Shown here: piece by piece, positions 41,332 to 52,670 of the stretch
Layout: each line of letters starts with the position of its first letter
Position numbering within the stretch: the stretch's first letter is position 1
NCBI RefSeq assembly: GCF_000142905.1
Contig: NW_013657668.1
Coordinates: 172,492 to 236,491 of the forward strand
Direction: 5' to 3'
DNA: 64,000 bases
Source: Thecamonas trahens ATCC 50062
Taxonomy: Eukaryota > Protista > Apusomonadida
Program-made: the position numbers and the translations under genes
The notes under the pieces: model-generated
The model's database searches: none
What the model saw: the letters and a program-made list of their open reading frames with translations, nothing else
Told to the model about the DNA's origin: nothing

Positions 41332-44300
41332 TTATCGCGACACTGCTGCCAGCTCTTCCTCATACCGCGCAATGAGATCGTTCTTGAGGCCAAGTCGTTT
41401 TTGAGCATCTGCTCGCGGTGGAGCGCGTCCATCATCTTGCGCTCGGCGGCCTGGGTAGCCCGGGTCAAGTTCGCTTGCTCTCGTGACGACGATGACGTCG
41501 CTGCAGTGAGGCGCGTCTGGAGCTCACTGTTCTCGCGCACAAGCTGAGCAATGCGCTCCTGCAGATCGTCCACCGTCCGCCGAAGTTCCTCCATCTCCTG
41601 CCGCTGGCGAGTCGACGCTTGGTGAATCCGCTGCGAGGTCTCGGCGGATGCTGCCGTTCGCGCCTGCGACAACTGCGCTCGCAGCAGCTTAGCCTCCTTG
41701 ATCGCCTGGCTTGCCCTAGCCCGCTCTAACTCCAGATCCTGCCGAAGCTGGTTAGCCTCGGATGTTGACCTAAGCGATGACGCACCAACAGACTGCATCA
41801 ACTCGGTTCGATGCGAGTCCACTGCTTTTTCTCCCGCTGAAGAATGACCAGCGCGTCCTCAAACTCGGAGACCTGAGTCCGCAGCTCGGCGTTCTCGGCC
41901 TTGCTTCGCGAAATCGCCTCCTCCGACGCAACCAGCACATCTCGAAGACCCTCCACGGTGGCCAGCATCTCGCCCAGCTTCTGTCGCAGCACAGCAGCGT
42001 CATCGCTCTCATACCCGGAGCGCACGTTCTCCTTGCAACTGTCGAACGGCGGCGTCGTCGCAAGTTCCCATGCCGCGAGGCCGGAACCCATCACTGGAGT
42101 CCGGCTCTGTGGTCGGAGATGAGCATCGGTAAGGGCGTCCTCCACGTGCTCGAGCTGCTGAGTGCAGAGCGCAAGCTCGCGCTCGAGCTTGGCCACCTCA
42201 CGGGCTCGCCCGTCAAGCCGATCGCGAAGGCTCTCGGCCTCAGCAACGTGCTGCCGCGCACTGCGCCGCGCGCTTGCTACCTCGTCTTCCAGCCGCTCAT
42301 TGGCCCCGCGCAGCTGCGCGAGCTCGCTTGCCCGGGACTCGCAGGCCTCCTCGAGTGCATGCGCCCGTGAACTTGCCGCCAGTGCTTCGGCCTGCACAGA
42401 GTCAAGCTCCTTACGCAGGCAAACAAGCTTGGCCTCGAGCGTTCGCACTGTGTCCTCGGTTGCCCGGCGAGAGGCAATCTCGCTGCGAACAGCCTCCAGT
42501 TCGGCGCTCAGCTTCGTAGACGCCCGCTCAGCATCGGCGAGCTGACGGTCGGTATTCCGGCGCAGCTCGGCAAGCGCAGCCTTGGCCGCTGCCTCTGCGC
42601 CCTCCATGGTCTTTTTCAGGCCGATGTAGTCGTCGTGGGCTGATGCAAGCGCATGCCGCGCAACTCCAGTCTCCTGCTCGGCAAGCGCTGCCCGCGTCTC
42701 GGCTTGGGCTGCTGCCTCGGCAGCTTCCTTGCACTTGTCCTGCGTAGCTTCGAGTCGGGCTGTCAACTCGGCAGCCGTTTTCTTGGCAGCTTGCGCGTCT
42801 GCAGTCGCGTGTTCCAGCGATGCCTCCAGTCTGGACGCAATCCCGGTCAGCCTAGTAACTTCAGCCTGTGCCCGTGCGAGCTCGGCCGCTGTATCTTCAG
42901 CGCGACGCTGCGCCGCAGCTGCCTCGGAGCGGGCACCCGCCAGCTCGACCGCTGCCGCTGAAGCCGACTCGGCTGCACGCGCTTCAGCAGCTGTTCGCGC
43001 TGCAGACGCCGACATCTGCGAGTCATGGAGCGTAGCCAGGCGCGTTTCCAGCTCGGTGACCCGGGTGCGGGCCTCGGCGAGACGCTCCCCCATCAGCGAT
43101 GCATCATGCAGTTCTGCCTGAGATGGCATAGCTGCTAGGCGCGACTCAGCACTATCAGCTGCGCGCCGCGCACGGTCGGCATCGTCGCGTGCCTGTGCGA
43201 CCGCAGCCTCGAGCTCCGTCACGCGTCGAACCGCCGCATCTGCCCGGGCCTGCTCACGATTGGCTCTCTCCACTGCGGCGCTGAGCTCTGCCGAGATAGT
43301 CTCGAGCTTGAATCCGGTCACCGCGTGCTCTTTCTCCAAATCCCGCAGCGCCTTGGCTTCGCGAGCCGCCTCGGCTGCCTCGTTCTTGAGGTTCTCAACC
43401 GTAGCGGCGAGCGAGTCAGTCTGCAGCCGGCTCGACGCCAAGAGCGCCTCGGTCTTGCTAAGCTCCTCGCCGCGGGTGTCGTGAGCATGGCGAATCTGCG
43501 CAAGCTCCGACTCCAGGGTGGCAACACGAGCAGGGCCTGCGGTTGCAAGCTCGGCAGTGAGCTCGTCAACACGGGCTTCCAGCGTGGCAACAGCTTCAGC
43601 AGTCGCAGCTTCGCCTTCCAGTAGCTGGTTGACATACCCGACTGCCTGTGCCTTTTCCATCATTGACGCCTCCACCACCGTGTCCAACTCCCGCAGCTGA
43701 GCCTCGTAGTCGGCAACGCGCTCGGCGAGCGCTGCAGCCTCGGCCGAGTGAGCATCAACCTCGGCAGCCATGGCTGCAGCATCGCGGGAGGCCTCAGCCA
43801 GCTGAGCCTCGAGCGCTGTAACCTTGGCTGCAAGCTCGGAGCGGGTCCCTAGCACGGTGTCAAGCTCGGCCTTGGACGAGCTGAGCTCGGCGGTGGCGTT
43901 TCGCGCCTGCTCGGCGTAGTGGGTCACAAACCGCTCTGTGTTGACCAGCGACGCTTGCATCTCCTCAGCCCGTGACTTGGTGGCTGCCAACTCAGCCCGG
44001 GTCTCACGCAGCTCGGCGCCAAGCTCGTCCATACCGCGCCGCGCTGCGCCAAACGCCTTGGCGTGCTCGATCTCCAGCTCGCGGTAGGCAGCCTCGACTT
44101 GGTCGCGTACAGAGGCCTCGGCCGACGACAGCCGTTCAAGCAACTCCTCTTTCTCGGCCGCATACGTCTCGCGCGACGACGCCATGGCATCGTGTGCAGC
44201 CTTGGCCGCCGCCTCAGCGCCTTCCAGTGCAGCGAGCAGATCACGGACTTGAGCCTCGTACGCCGCCGCCAGATTAGCCTGCGACGCACACGCAGCATCG

Positions 44301-45922
44301 GCATCCTCACACAGCTCCTGCAGGTACTCGACAGTGGCACGGAGCTCGACAACGGCCACGGCATCCTGAGCTGCCTGTTCGCGCACCGTGGCGAGCGCTG
44401 TCGCAGTCCGGTCGTCGCGCGTCCGCACTTCATCATACTGGTTCTGCAGAATATTGAGATCAACAAGCGCTTTCTCCAGCTTGCTGTGCGTCTCTTGCAG
44501 TGTGTCGGTCAGCTGCCGGACTCGGTTGCCGGCTGCCAAGGCCTCTTTGTCAAGCTTGATGTTGGCAGCCTCGAGGCCAGCAATCCGTTCCGAGCTTGAT
44601 GCCTCGAGCACGCTCAGCTGAGCCTCGAGCTTGGTTCTCGCCTCGCGTTCGTTGCTCAGCGCAGCCTTGGTCTCGTCAAGCTCGGCAAGCGCAGCTCTGG
44701 CTGACTCTTGAAGCTCGACAAGTGCTGTCGATGCAGCCTCCAGTCGCTCTTCTACTCCAACCTTGACAATCATGAGCTCGTGGAGCGCGTCGCGCTCGAG
44801 GGCAAGCTCCTCGTGTCGGGCCACAGCTTCGTCAAGCGAAGCCTGGAGAGCCGGTAGCATCTCAACGTCGCCCATCAGCCGCACGCGGTCCATGTCGGCC
44901 TTGGAGAGCGCAATTTTGGTAATGTCAAGTTCGAGCTTGGCCTGCTGCGCCACCGACTCCAGGTGAGCATTTCGATCCTCCATGTCCGCAATCCGCGACG
45001 CGGCCGCAGACTCGGCCGCCTCAACCGCAATAGCGGCCTCGGCTTCAGAGTTTCGAACGTCAAGTTCAAGTCGGAGAGCCAGCTGGTGGGCGGCAAGCGC
45101 ATCGTCGCGGGCGGCCTGGAGCTCGGCGGCCATGGCGGCGATCTTGTTCTCCAGCGCCATAGCCAGCGAGCGCTCGTCGCCGAGCTCAAGAGCAGACGCA
45201 TTGAGCTGATCCTCGACTTCCCCGCGGTCCGCCAGCACCGTGTTGAGCTGGCTAGAGAGCCGTTGACGCTCATCACGGAGCGCTGCAAGCTCGTCCCGCG
45301 TGCGGTCGAGCTCGTCATTGGTGGCGCGGACCTCGTACGTTAGCTCGAGCTGGGCCTTGTCTGCGGCAGCAGCGTCACTCCGCGCCTCATGCAAGTTGCG
45401 ACGGAGGCTCTCGATCTCAGCCTTGGCACTCGCCAGCTCCTCGGCTACCTTGCGAAGCTCTGTGTTCCGAGCATCGAGCAGGCCGGCGGCGGAGCGAGAC
45501 GCACGCTTGTCGGCCTCGAGCTCAGCGAGGCGCGCATTGGTGGCAATCTCCCACTCGCGGGCGTTGGCCAACTCGGCATCGCGAGCGCGGAGCGTGCCAC
45601 GAAGCTCTTCGATGGTACCGAGCGCCGTGCGGGCTGCTGCTGCCTCTTCGTTGTGCGAGGCGACAGCGACGTTGAGCTCGGCGCGGGTGGCGCTGTGCGC
45701 GGCGCGTTCGTCCTCAAGCGCCTGCTCCAGCTCGGCAATGGTTTGACAGTACGTAGCCTGGATGCCCTGAGCCTCGTTGAGCTGCATCTGTGTCGCGTCG
45801 CGCTCCAGATACGCCATCGAGAGCTTGGTCTCATACTCGCCCTCGACCGCGCCAAGACTCGCCGAATACGCGCCCGAGTGGGCTATGGTCAACGAGTCGT
45901 GGGTCACAATCGGCAGCGACAT
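41332..45922 (-). CDS. Large Ala/Glu-rich coiled-coil protein A (~1,530 aa), cytoskeletal/basal-body-like
   Basis: ATG 45922; continuous heptads; 1-nt breaks at ~41830 and ~41390. The latter gives ...LKNDLIARYEEELAAVSR-TAA (41334-41332). Confidence 0.7.
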
Positions 45923-46188
45923 GGTCCCTGCCTCACCTCGTGCTGCTCTCTGTGGGTACAGTAACACCTGTGCCAAAGGCGTGAGCGAGGTGGTTGTCGT
46001 CGCTGACGGCGACCGCTACCGTTGCACCGCCCGACGACGCCCGCTGCATGTGAGCGGGTGTCAGGCGCGGTCCGAGCTGCACAAATTTTGTACCGAGGCC
46101 GAAGAAGGCGATTCATTCACGGCAAAACGATGGGGTTCTTGTTTTGCGGATGGTCACACACAAGCAAGGCTCTGTACGAGGCCCATGG

Positions 46189-49100
46189 CTAGAGGCGCGG
46201 GTTCTGGAGGAGCGCCACGACCTCGGGTCGGTCAGCCAGCCAACGGGTGAACGGCTGGGAGTCGGGCCCGTGCCAAAAGGTAGCGCCAGCTTCGAGAAGG
46301 TAGGCAGCAAAGACGACAAAGACGCAGTAGCGCTCGAGAAAGTCAAGCGTCTTGCCCACGTAGCGCGGGTTGGTCTCTGAGAGGAGGTAGACGTCGTGGA
46401 TAGAGGTCCGCAGATTGAGGACCAGGTCACAGGCGTCGATCGAGGTGTCGACGAAATCCTTGGCAGCCCAACCCGGACCGAGGACCCGGACCAAGTCGAG
46501 GACTGTGGCGTACTCGCCGGCGCGCATAGCTTCGACCGACGAGTGGCGCCGAAGCGGGCGGAGCGGCTGGGCGAGGTTGTGCCTAGACCTGTCATCTTCG
46601 TCCGACTCGTCGCCCGAAGCCGCATCCAAATGCGCAGCGTCGGCTTCACCCGCGAGCGCGCGGATGACCATGTGGCAGACAACGGTACCTTGGGTCGTCC
46701 GGCCCTGGCCCATCTGGCACTGGCACACGAACCGGAGCGCGTCGCGGTCGGCCGGGATGGTCTCCGGCAGTCCGTCGCAGCCCCAGGCGTCGGCGACGAT
46801 GCCTGCCACCCGCTCCAGGTCCGAGGCTAGGAAGGCCTTTTCGTCGGTGACCGGGACGCGAAAAAAGTCAACTGAGAACTCTTCGAGCGACGCAAACAGG
46901 TCACGGTAGGTGGCGATGGTGTGTGGGCCCTCGACGGCCTCCCAGTGTGAGAGAAGCATGCCCATGAGCTCCGGATCGCCGGTCTCGTCCTCGCCGTGGA
47001 CCAGGACATGGGCACCGTAGAGTTCGGCCTCAGCTCGGACGTCGTCGAGGAGCCTCAGCTCGAGCGCCTCGAGTCGGGCCTCGTCAATGCCACGCGACTG
47101 CAGGTTGCGGAACGGGTTACCGGCTTCGCGGAGAACAAACGGCTTGGCAGCGAGGAAGAGGACAGGCTCTTCGCGGAGGCAAACCCAATGGACCCGCGCA
47201 GAGGCACCGGCCTCACCCACCACCCTCAAGAGGACCTCAACTAGCGCCGCGCCGGTCGGCATGCCCACGCCGTAGATCGGGTACCGGGCGTCCACATGCC
47301 GAAAGTTGGGCGCGCCAGTCAGCTTGAGCTCAATGTGCTGCTTCTGGCAACCCGGAAAATGGTCGGCCTTCATGATCATGCCGCCGGCAAGCACAGTGCC
47401 GCCACGAGCGTCCACCACCCCGGCGTGGTCGTCCATCGACGAGACCACGCCGGTCCGGCAGCTCGGCACGACCTTGGCACGGTTTTCAAAGTCGCTTCGT
47501 GAGAAGAGCACGTCGTCGCCCTCACGCCGCGCCGAGCTCCACAGCGCAGACAACAGACCACTCACCTCGGGCAAAGAGTTGAGAAATCCAGCAAACGAGG
47601 TGCGCTCTCGGGTGCCCGAAAAGGCGGCATACTCGGTAAAGCAGATAAGGTTGAGGTACAAGTCCATCGAGTAACGTGCCTTGAACCTCAGCAGCGTGGC
47701 GGTGTTATCCTCGTCGTCTCCTTCCGACAGCTCGTCGAGGAACGACCACATGATCGACCGCAGCGACCGACCGGCGGCGGCGGCAAAGAACTCTTCAGCA
47801 CGCTCGAGTGCTGCATTTCCATGCGGCAGCAGCCGCACAAGCTCTTTCACCAGTTGCGGGTTGGCAAACTTGGGCTGCGGCGCCCCCTTGGCCACCGGGG
47901 GCCGCACAAGCTCAACAGGTTCGATGCCTGCCGCAAGACCAGCCACTGCCATGCATACCGCCGTCCGCATTCCGCCGTGGCCAGAAATCAAGAGCAGGTG
48001 CTCACCAGCGTTGCGGGCAGCGACGGCCTCGATGGCCAGGTCGTCAAACGACCTCGCTGTGTAGTTGATCTGGCCCGCAAGAACGGACGCAATGGTCGAC
48101 GTCGACAGCGCCGAGAGCTTCGCCTGGGCCTCGAGTGACGCGAGTGCCTCCTCGTCCTCGCCAGCTAGCGTTCCAACATGCAGCGGCAGTCGCTCGTACG
48201 AGAGCTTGAAGCCCTCGGCGAGGAGCTGGGCCATGGCCTCTGCTGGCGTGACCAGAGAGGTCCCGTCAGGGAGCAGGTCTGCCAGCGCCACAGACTCGCC
48301 CGGATGGACCAGAACCTTGTTGCCGAGCGAGGCCGCCTCATCGGCCACATCGGCCTTGAGTCGCGCCTCAACCTCGAGAAGGCGCTCAGCCGAGATGCCG
48401 CGCATCTCCATGAGCACCTGCCGCGGTGCGTCAAACGAGCGCAGCGCAAAAGGCACGCCCGAGATGTAAACAAACGGCTCCATGCGGACGTTGACAACAT
48501 TGATCCGCCCCGCGTGCGTCGCCACCAGCACTGACCGCAGCAACGACCGGAGCGTCGGCTGTGACGTCTGTGCGCAGCCGTGGATCTGGAACGAGCTCCT
48601 GCCGACCCGCCCCTCGCCGTCTGCGAGGAGCGGGCGGTAGTTGGCATCGACATTAAGCGGTGGCGCACCTGGCCTGGCCGCTGTCACGCCCACGTCAACC
48701 ACGTCCTGGCGCAGGATCGAGTACGCCGAGAGAACTGAACCCGAGCGCCCCGCGACGAGCGAGCGGGCGAGCTTAGGATCGACCTCGGAACCAGCCTCCA
48801 GTGACGCAGCCAGTGCCCGCGAGTCTGCGTCGAGGTCGTCAGCCGGCACGAAAAACGCTGCCACCGAGTCGGTGTCGAGCGACGAGTAGACATGCCGGAC
48901 CTCGGGGTGCTCGTTGATCCAGTCGGCAAACGAGATCTGGCGCGGAAAGGTGCCACCAGCCGAGAGCGTCTCGACCAACTCCATGTAGTAAGCCGAGAAC
49001 GCAATGAGCATGACATAGCGGCGGAGAAAGAGAAGCGAGTGCTCAAGGTCAGGCGGCGACGAGGCCTTGTACACGAGCACGGCTTCACGGATGTTGACGA

Positions 49101-50403
49101 GCTCTGCCGTGGTGTCAACGACATCGTCGACAAAGGTCTTGGCGCGCGCACCGATCGCCAGTGCACGGACCAGCGCAAGGACAACTCGATAGTTACCGGC
49201 CTGCTGCTCAACAACACGCCCGAAAATGCGGTCGTGCGGGACCGCGACCGGGTGGGTGGACTCTGGAAGCGCCGAGTCGAGCGACGGCGAGCGAACGAGG
49301 CCAGCACCGAGAAGCCGCTTCGGGACGGCGCCAAAGGCCAGGTCTTCGCCTTGCTCGCCGGCCGCGGTCGGCGAACACGGGCCAACCGCAAGCGCGGCCA
49401 TGCCGCCGGTCAGCGAGACCGAGGTCTTGAGCCGCGACGCAAGTGATGGCGTGCCTGGTGGCGAGTCACCGAGGGCGCCAAACGAGGCAAGCTCGGGTGC
49501 GTACGACGACTTGGGCGTCATCTCGACCGGGGTGGCAAGGCCAACGCCAGCACGGAGCTTGAGAATGACCTTGGCCAGCGCCATCGAAAACGTGGTCCGT
49601 CCACGGCCCGACTGACAGTTGAAGACCAAGGCCTGGGCGGCACCGGGCGCGTCGGATGCGGCTTCGATGACGCGAGCGAGGGCATCAAAGACCGCAAAGT
49701 CGGGCACTGCCATCGGTGGCAGCGGAATGCGATGGTATGAGAGTGAGATGCCTGGAACCTGCGCGAGGACGACGGCAACAAATTCGGCCGAGGTAAGGAT
49801 GGAGGTCGGCCCGGTGACGGCGCCCAGCACGTCGGCATCGGGCGACGGCAGCTCGACGTGCTCCCACATGGCAAGCACCCTTCCAGGCTCTACTTCCTTG
49901 TGAACAAGAATCATCGAGCCGTAGCGACGGGCTTCGGCCACAACATCGGCCTTGAGCTTGGCTTCGAGAGCGTCCAGCCGCTCGGCCGAGATTCCGCGGA
50001 GATTCTGTAGGTTGGCGAGCGGATCGTCGGCGGAGCGGAGGACATACGGCGTCATGTTGAGGTATATCATGGCCTCCTCACGGAGATTGACCCAGTGAAT
50101 GATGCCCGAGCGGGCGGCGGCAAGCCGCAGCACTGCGCGCATGCCTGCCGCCGTCGGCTGGGCCACGCCAAAGAGAGGAAACTGATAGGCGCGCCGGAAG
50201 TTGGGCGCGCCAGAGACTCGAGGTGTGAGGCCCCAGGCCCGTGATCCTGGGTACGCATCCGACTTGAGTACCATCGACGGCGTCAGTACATCCCCACGCC
50301 GTGCCGAGACCAGCAAGTCCGACTCGAGATCGTTGGTGGTAGCCACGTAACGTGCCGCGGCAGACATGCGGATGCGGTCCGGCGCCTTGGACTGCTGCGA
50401 CAT
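46189..50403 (-). CDS. Paladin-like tandem PTP-like (inositol phosphate/phytase-type) phosphatase, three repeats
   Basis: GAPNFRR...GVAQPT...WVNLREE...YHRIP...FNCQSGRGRTT; repeat 3 GAPNFRH...CLREEP...RVPVTDE...CQMGQGRTT; repeat 2 is degenerate. ATG 50403. Confidence 0.9.
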   Translation of the reverse strand: MSQQSKAPDRIRMSAAARYVATTNDLESDLLVSARRGDVLTPSMVLKSDAYPGSRAWGLTPRVSGAPNFRRAYQFPLFGVAQPTAAGMRAVLRLAAARSGIIHWVNLREEAMIYLNMTPYVLRSADDPLANLQNLRGISAERLDALEAKLKADVVAEARRYGSMILVHKEVEPGRVLAMWEHVELPSPDADVLGAVTGPTSILTSAEFVAVVLAQVPGISLSYHRIPLPPMAVPDFAVFDALARVIEAASDAPGAAQALVFNCQSGRGRTTFSMALAKVILKLRAGVGLATPVEMTPKSSYAPELASFGALGDSPPGTPSLASRLKTSVSLTGGMAALAVGPCSPTAAGEQGEDLAFGAVPKRLLGAGLVRSPSLDSALPESTHPVAVPHDRIFGRVVEQQAGNYRVVLALVRALAIGARAKTFVDDVVDTTAELVNIREAVLVYKASSPPDLEHSLLFLRRYVMLIAFSAYYMELVETLSAGGTFPRQISFADWINEHPEVRHVYSSLDTDSVAAFFVPADDLDADSRALAASLEAGSEVDPKLARSLVAGRSGSVLSAYSILRQDVVDVGVTAARPGAPPLNVDANYRPLLADGEGRVGRSSFQIHGCAQTSQPTLRSLLRSVLVATHAGRINVVNVRMEPFVYISGVPFALRSFDAPRQVLMEMRGISAERLLEVEARLKADVADEAASLGNKVLVHPGESVALADLLPDGTSLVTPAEAMAQLLAEGFKLSYERLPLHVGTLAGEDEEALASLEAQAKLSALSTSTIASVLAGQINYTARSFDDLAIEAVAARNAGEHLLLISGHGGMRTAVCMAVAGLAAGIEPVELVRPPVAKGAPQPKFANPQLVKELVRLLPHGNAALERAEEFFAAAAGRSLRSIMWSFLDELSEGDDEDNTATLLRFKARYSMDLYLNLICFTEYAAFSGTRERTSFAGFLNSLPEVSGLLSALWSSARREGDDVLFSRSDFENRAKVVPSCRTGVVSSMDDHAGVVDARGGTVLAGGMIMKADHFPGCQKQHIELKLTGAPNFRHVDARYPIYGVGMPTGAALVEVLLRVVGEAGASARVHWVCLREEPVLFLAAKPFVLREAGNPFRNLQSRGIDEARLEALELRLLDDVRAEAELYGAHVLVHGEDETGDPELMGMLLSHWEAVEGPHTIATYRDLFASLEEFSVDFFRVPVTDEKAFLASDLERVAGIVADAWGCDGLPETIPADRDALRFVCQCQMGQGRTTQGTVVCHMVIRALAGEADAAHLDAASGDESDEDDRSRHNLAQPLRPLRRHSSVEAMRAGEYATVLDLVRVLGPGWAAKDFVDTSIDACDLVLNLRTSIHDVYLLSETNPRYVGKTLDFLERYCVFVVFAAYLLEAGATFWHGPDSQPFTRWLADRPEVVALLQNPRL

Positions 50404-50850
50404 GAAGAAGTGAGGCGGGGGAGGGAGGTGAAAACGGGAGGTACAGACGGGAGGTACAAACAAAAAGTGGGACGGTGGTGAAGGAGGAAGAGGGGTGACT
50501 AGCGCTATCGTTGCTGCCGCCGTACCGCTGCCACTACCACCGCCCCACACTCTGCTGTCGTCAGTGGCCAACGTCGGTGGCGAACGAACAAAGTGCTGTC
50601 GGTCCTGCCGGGCGGTCATCCGCAACCTGTTCATTCGTTCGGTGGGCGTTTGTTCGATGGTTCGGCCCCACTTTGGCGCCTTCCGGTGAGACCGACAGGA
50701 AGCGAGTTCATTCGGGCACACCGCGCTCTGGTTGCGACGGCCACCGAGTCCGCAACGTAGACATACCTCGTCGACGCTTTTGTTCTTTGCACTCTCACAC
50801 ACTTTCTGGCGGGTAACGCCTTGAATCCGCCTTTACGCCCGCAGTTGTTG

Positions 50851-52593
50851 ATGTCACACACTCGCTACTCGGCTGGGCACAGACGGCCTAGGCTGGTCCA
50901 CGGAACACCACCACAGCCGCGGCCGTCGATGTCGCCTGCATCGACCTACAGCCACATGAGAGGCGGACGTAGCATTCACCCGGAGCGGAGGCGCCGGAGG
51001 GAGCATGTAGGTGGCTCTCTCTCGTCGCATGTGTCGATGGCGTCGACGGCGTCGACGGCATCGGCGGCACGCACCTCGGCCCCGTACAGACACGGCTCAA
51101 CATCATCACATTCGTCATTCACCGCCCAAGACCGGAGCAGGCAGCGGATGACAACGTCAGCAACAACGAGACGGTCGACTGCGCCGGTGCTGACGTCAGT
51201 GGAGACATCACCGACGTATGCCCGTGGGTACGCGCCGCCGCCGTCAGCAGTGGCAGCCGGCGGGCGAAGCTCTAGGTCGAGCTCTCGATTCTCGTCGAGC
51301 GCTGGCATCGGGACGGGCGCCGGCTATGCTCTTGATCGAGGTATGGGGCGTACATCAGGCACGCCGTGGTACGCTGCTGAGAGTCCGTCGCGGTCGTCGC
51401 GAGCCGATCGTCAGCGGCGGCGGGACGAGGCCGATCCCGGCGCTCTGAGCAAGGCAGTGGGAGAAAGCGAGCGCGGCAGCGGCGAGGTCGGGCTGTCAAA
51501 CTTGGGCAACACGTGCTTCATGAACTCGATCCTGCAGTGTCTTTCCAACTGCGGTCCGCTGCGGAACCTATTCCTCTCGGACGAGGTGGGGAGCGCAATC
51601 AACACAACGGCGTTCAAGACCAAAGGCCAGCTCGCAGTGGCGTTTGGCCTGTTGCTGCGGGAGATGTGGCAGCAACGAGCAAGCTGCGTGGCACCGCGGT
51701 CGTTCAAGCGCGAGGTCGGAGCTTTTGCGCCGCGGTTCATGGGCTTCTCGCAGCAAGACTCGCAAGAGTTCCTCCGATTCCTCCTCGACGGCCTGCACGA
51801 GGATCTCAACCGGGTTCGTGGCACCAAGCCTTACGCCGAACTCGACGATGATGAGCGGCTGACTGTGGCGCAAAAGGCGCAGCTCATCTGGGACTACCAC
51901 GTCTCGCGGGACGACTCAATCATTACTGATCTCTTTCGCGGGCAGCTCATTTCGACCGTGACGTGCATGTCGTGCTCGGCAGTCTCGCAAGCCTTTGATC
52001 CGTTTCTTGACATCTCGCTCCCGATTCCGGTGACGAACCAGGCGCCACGGACATCGATGCAAAGCAGGCGGTACGGGACCGGGTGGGGCGGAGGAGCGTA
52101 CGGCTCGTCGGCACTCTCGTCGTCGACAGAGTCGTTCACCCTCGGCCAGTGTCTGGAGGCCTTTACTGAGGCCGAGGTTCTCGACGGCGATGAAAAGTAC
52201 TACTGCTCCAAGTGCAAGAAGCACCGCAAGAGTACCAAGGAGCTTGGCCTCTTTCGGCTCCCAGCTATCATGGTTCTCCACCTCAAGCGGTTCTCAGCGT
52301 CGACGTTCCGGCGCTCCAAGCTCACCAACAACATCACGTTTCCGCTCGACGGCCTCGACCTCGGCTCGTACCTGGCACCCGAGGCGCCGTCGTCGGGCCA
52401 CTCTGCCACCTACTCGCTCTTTGCCGTCTCCAACCACATGGGCAGTCTTGGCGGTGGTCACTACACCGCGTACGCTCGGTCGCCAGACACCGACAGCTGG
52501 TTCCTCTTTGACGACGCGCGTGTGAGCTCCATCTCGCCCACACGGGTCGGCGGTCCGTCGGCCTACCTGCTGTTTTACATGCGGGACCCATGA
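50851..52593 (+). CDS. Ubiquitin-specific protease (C19), USP2/USP21/USP8-like
   Basis: GLSNLGNTCFMNSILQCL, QQDSQEFL, LHLKRF and NHMGSLGGGHYTAY. Start codon uncertain (50851 or a later ATG). Confidence 0.95.
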   Translation: MSHTRYSAGHRRPRLVHGTPPQPRPSMSPASTYSHMRGGRSIHPERRRRREHVGGSLSSHVSMASTASTASAARTSAPYRHGSTSSHSSFTAQDRSRQRMTTSATTRRSTAPVLTSVETSPTYARGYAPPPSAVAAGGRSSRSSSRFSSSAGIGTGAGYALDRGMGRTSGTPWYAAESPSRSSRADRQRRRDEADPGALSKAVGESERGSGEVGLSNLGNTCFMNSILQCLSNCGPLRNLFLSDEVGSAINTTAFKTKGQLAVAFGLLLREMWQQRASCVAPRSFKREVGAFAPRFMGFSQQDSQEFLRFLLDGLHEDLNRVRGTKPYAELDDDERLTVAQKAQLIWDYHVSRDDSIITDLFRGQLISTVTCMSCSAVSQAFDPFLDISLPIPVTNQAPRTSMQSRRYGTGWGGGAYGSSALSSSTESFTLGQCLEAFTEAEVLDGDEKYYCSKCKKHRKSTKELGLFRLPAIMVLHLKRFSASTFRRSKLTNNITFPLDGLDLGSYLAPEAPSSGHSATYSLFAVSNHMGSLGGGHYTAYARSPDTDSWFLFDDARVSSISPTRVGGPSAYLLFYMRDP

Positions 52594-52670
52594 GGAGATA
52601 CAGCCTTGGCAGCTGAGCTTGTGCGCTAGCAACTGTACGTACGTGGGTTGGTGATGTGCCGGGAACTGGG

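Noticed and set aside
38640-41822. Single 1,060-aa ORF as listed in the track
   Set aside because: Apparently a chimera: the end of coiled-coil A (stop 41332 after a 1-nt repair), the intergenic spacer, and the start of coiled-coil B (ATG 41165).
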